From the NCBI RefSeq assembly GCF_016593155.1, contig NZ_AP023215.1, forward strand, positions 1-32,000: DNA of 32,000 nt, given 5' to 3'. Position 1 is the first letter of the stretch. Every line of letters starts with the position of its first letter. Position numbers and translations under genes: made by a program. Below are positions 30,157-32,000 of the stretch, piece after piece. The notes under the pieces are model-generated. The model made no database searches. It saw only the letters and a list, made by a program, of their open reading frames with translations, and was not told the DNA's origin. This stretch comes from Candidatus Saccharimonadota bacterium (GTDB lineage Bacteria; Pseudomonadota; Gammaproteobacteria; Burkholderiales; Burkholderiaceae).

Positions 30157-32000
30157 ATGGAACGTAAAACTCCAATTGATAGGTATCGTAATATCGGTAT
30201 TTCCGCTCATATAGATGCGGGTAAAACAACCACTACCGAACGTATTTTGTTTTATACTGGCGTGAACCATAAAATTGGCGAGGTGCATGATGGTGCGGCT
30301 ACTATGGACTGGATGGAGCAAGAACAAGAGCGCGGGATAACAATTACTTCAGCGGCAACTACATGTTTTTGGAAGGGGATGGCAAATAATTTTCCGGAAC
30401 ATCATATAAATATCATTGATACCCCAGGGCATGTTGATTTTACAATTGAAGTTGAGCGTTCAATGCGAGTATTAGATGGTGTATGTATGGTATATTGTGC
30501 TGTTGGAGGTGTACAACCGCAATCAGAAACTGTTTGGAGGCAAGCTAATAAATATAAAGTTCCTCGTTTAGCATTTGTAAATAAAATGGATCGTATTGGT
30601 GCTAATTTTTTTAAAGTTTATGAACAAATACGTGAGCGTTTAAAAGCCCATCCAGTTCCTGTACAAATACCAATTTATTCTGAAGAATCTTTTAATGGCG
30701 TAATTGATTTAGTGAAAATGAAAGCTATTTATTGGGATGAAAAAAGTAAAGGAGTTAAATTTAATTATAAAGATATTCCTGAATCCTTAAAAGAAGAAGC
30801 AAAAAAATGGCGCGAAAATATTCTAGAAGTAGTTTTTGAAGTATCTGAAAATTTAATGGATAAGTATTTAGAAGAAAATGATTTAAATGAATCCGAAATT
30901 AAAACAGCAATTCGAAAATTAACCATTTCTGGTAAAATAATTCCAATGATGTGCGGTACTGCCTTTAAGAACAAAGGTGTTCAAGCAATGTTAGATGGTA
31001 TAGTTGATTATTTACCTTCTCCTGTTGATATACCACCTATAACAGGAACAAATGTAAATGATGAAATTGTATTTCGAAAAGCCAAAGATAAAGAAAAATT
31101 TTCTGCATTAGCATTTAAAATTTCAACAGATCCATTTGTTGGACAATTATGTTTTATTCGTTGTTATTCTGGAATATTAAATTCAGGCGATACAATATTA
31201 AATTCATTAAAGATAAAAAAAGAAAGAGTTGGTCGTATTGTTCAAATGCATGCCAATCAACGTGAGGAAATTAAAAAAATCTCATCAGGTGATATTGCTG
31301 CTATAGTTGGTTTAAAAAATACAACTACTGGTGATACACTTTGCGATGAAAAAGATATAATAATATTAGAACAAATGAATTTTCCTGAACCAGTTATTTC
31401 TCAAGCAATTGAACCAAAAACTAAGGCTGATCAAGAAAAAATGAGTATGGCATTAAATCGTTTAGCATCAGAAGATCCATCATTTCGTGTAAGAATTGAT
31501 GAGGAATCCGGTCAAACAATTATTTCTGGTATGGGTGAATTGCATTTAGATATTATTGTTGACCGTATAAAACGTGAATTTGGGGTAGAAGCAACTGTTG
31601 GAAAACCTCAAGTAGCATATCGAGAAACAATTCGAAAAATATGTAAAGAAGTTGAAGGAAAATTTATTAAACAATCTGGTGGTAGAGGGCAATATGGTCA
31701 TGTTTTTTTAAGAATTGAACCACAAATTCCTGGAAAAGGTTTTGAATTCATTGATGCTATAAAGAGCGGAGTTGTTCCTCGTGAATTTATCCCTGCTGTA
31801 GAAAAAGGAATACGAGAAGCATTAAATTCTGGTGTATTAGCCGGTTATCCAGTAGTTGATATAAAGGTAACTTTATTTTATGGTTCTTATCATGATGTTG
31901 ATTCAAATGAAAATGCATTTCGAATTGCGGGATCTATAGCGTTTAAAGATGGTTGCCGTAAATCTAATCCTACTATTCTTGAGCCAATAATGGCGGTAGA
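30157..32000 (+). CDS. fusA: Elongation factor G (partial, continues beyond the window end)
   Basis: Hand translation from ATG 30157 gives [35 protein letters not shown]..., then DTPGHVDF and NKMDR. The frame stays open to position 32000, so it is absent from the ORF track. SD agga lies 9 nt upstream. Confidence 0.95.
   Translation, partial: MERKTPIDRYRNIGISAHIDAGKTTTTERILFYTGVNHKIGEVHDGAATMDWMEQEQERGITITSAATTCFWKGMANNFPEHHINIIDTPGHVDFTIEVERSMRVLDGVCMVYCAVGGVQPQSETVWRQANKYKVPRLAFVNKMDRIGANFFKVYEQIRERLKAHPVPVQIPIYSEESFNGVIDLVKMKAIYWDEKSKGVKFNYKDIPESLKEEAKKWRENILEVVFEVSENLMDKYLEENDLNESEIKTAIRKLTISGKIIPMMCGTAFKNKGVQAMLDGIVDYLPSPVDIPPITGTNVNDEIVFRKAKDKEKFSALAFKISTDPFVGQLCFIRCYSGILNSGDTILNSLKIKKERVGRIVQMHANQREEIKKISSGDIAAIVGLKNTTTGDTLCDEKDIIILEQMNFPEPVISQAIEPKTKADQEKMSMALNRLASEDPSFRVRIDEESGQTIISGMGELHLDIIVDRIKREFGVEATVGKPQVAYRETIRKICKEVEGKFIKQSGGRGQYGHVFLRIEPQIPGKGFEFIDAIKSGVVPREFIPAVEKGIREALNSGVLAGYPVVDIKVTLFYGSYHDVDSNENAFRIAGSIAFKDGCRKSNPTILEPIMAV

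Overview
This window is a gene-dense, very A+T-rich chromosome segment that looks like a reduced betaproteobacterial endosymbiont genome. From memory, the EF-Tu, NusG, RpoB and L1 sequences resemble Bordetella/Burkholderia-type proteins. A Kinetoplastibacterium-like organism is a tentative guess only. The gene order is as follows. On the + strand: pmbA, then about 2.4 kb with no ORFs that holds tRNA-Arg(UCU) and tRNA-Asn(GUU) on the minus strand, then iscS-iscU-iscA-hscB-hscA-fdx, a yebC-family gene, an mscS-family gene, rsfS and a tusA-like gene. On the minus strand, converging on these: a 370-aa hypothetical gene, prfB and lysS. Back on the + strand: tRNA-Tyr, tRNA-Gly, tRNA-Thr, tuf, tRNA-Trp, secE, nusG, rplK, rplA, rplJ, rplL, rpoB, rpoC, rpsL, rpsG and fusA, which runs off the 3' end and so is missing from the ORF track. 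I see no mobile elements, CRISPR arrays, defence, toxin or secondary-metabolite loci, and I cannot support a claim of a novel multi-gene system. This is core housekeeping DNA. The points worth a second look are signatures of reductive or relaxed evolution: (1) the 2.4-kb ORF-free stretch upstream of an isc operon that lacks iscR; (2) a recurring pattern of perfect short tandem duplications, including one that copies the tuf stop codon and two in frame inside rplA; (3) an intact CTT-TGA-C programmed +1 frameshift in prfB, although no gene in the window ends in TGA; (4) a 16-nt poly(A) run inside prfB; (5) an HscA that lacks its C-terminal lid; (6) an unassignable 370-aa protein kept directly upstream of prfB-lysS. 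All product calls rest on motifs read by eye from the supplied translations and on synteny. No database search was possible.
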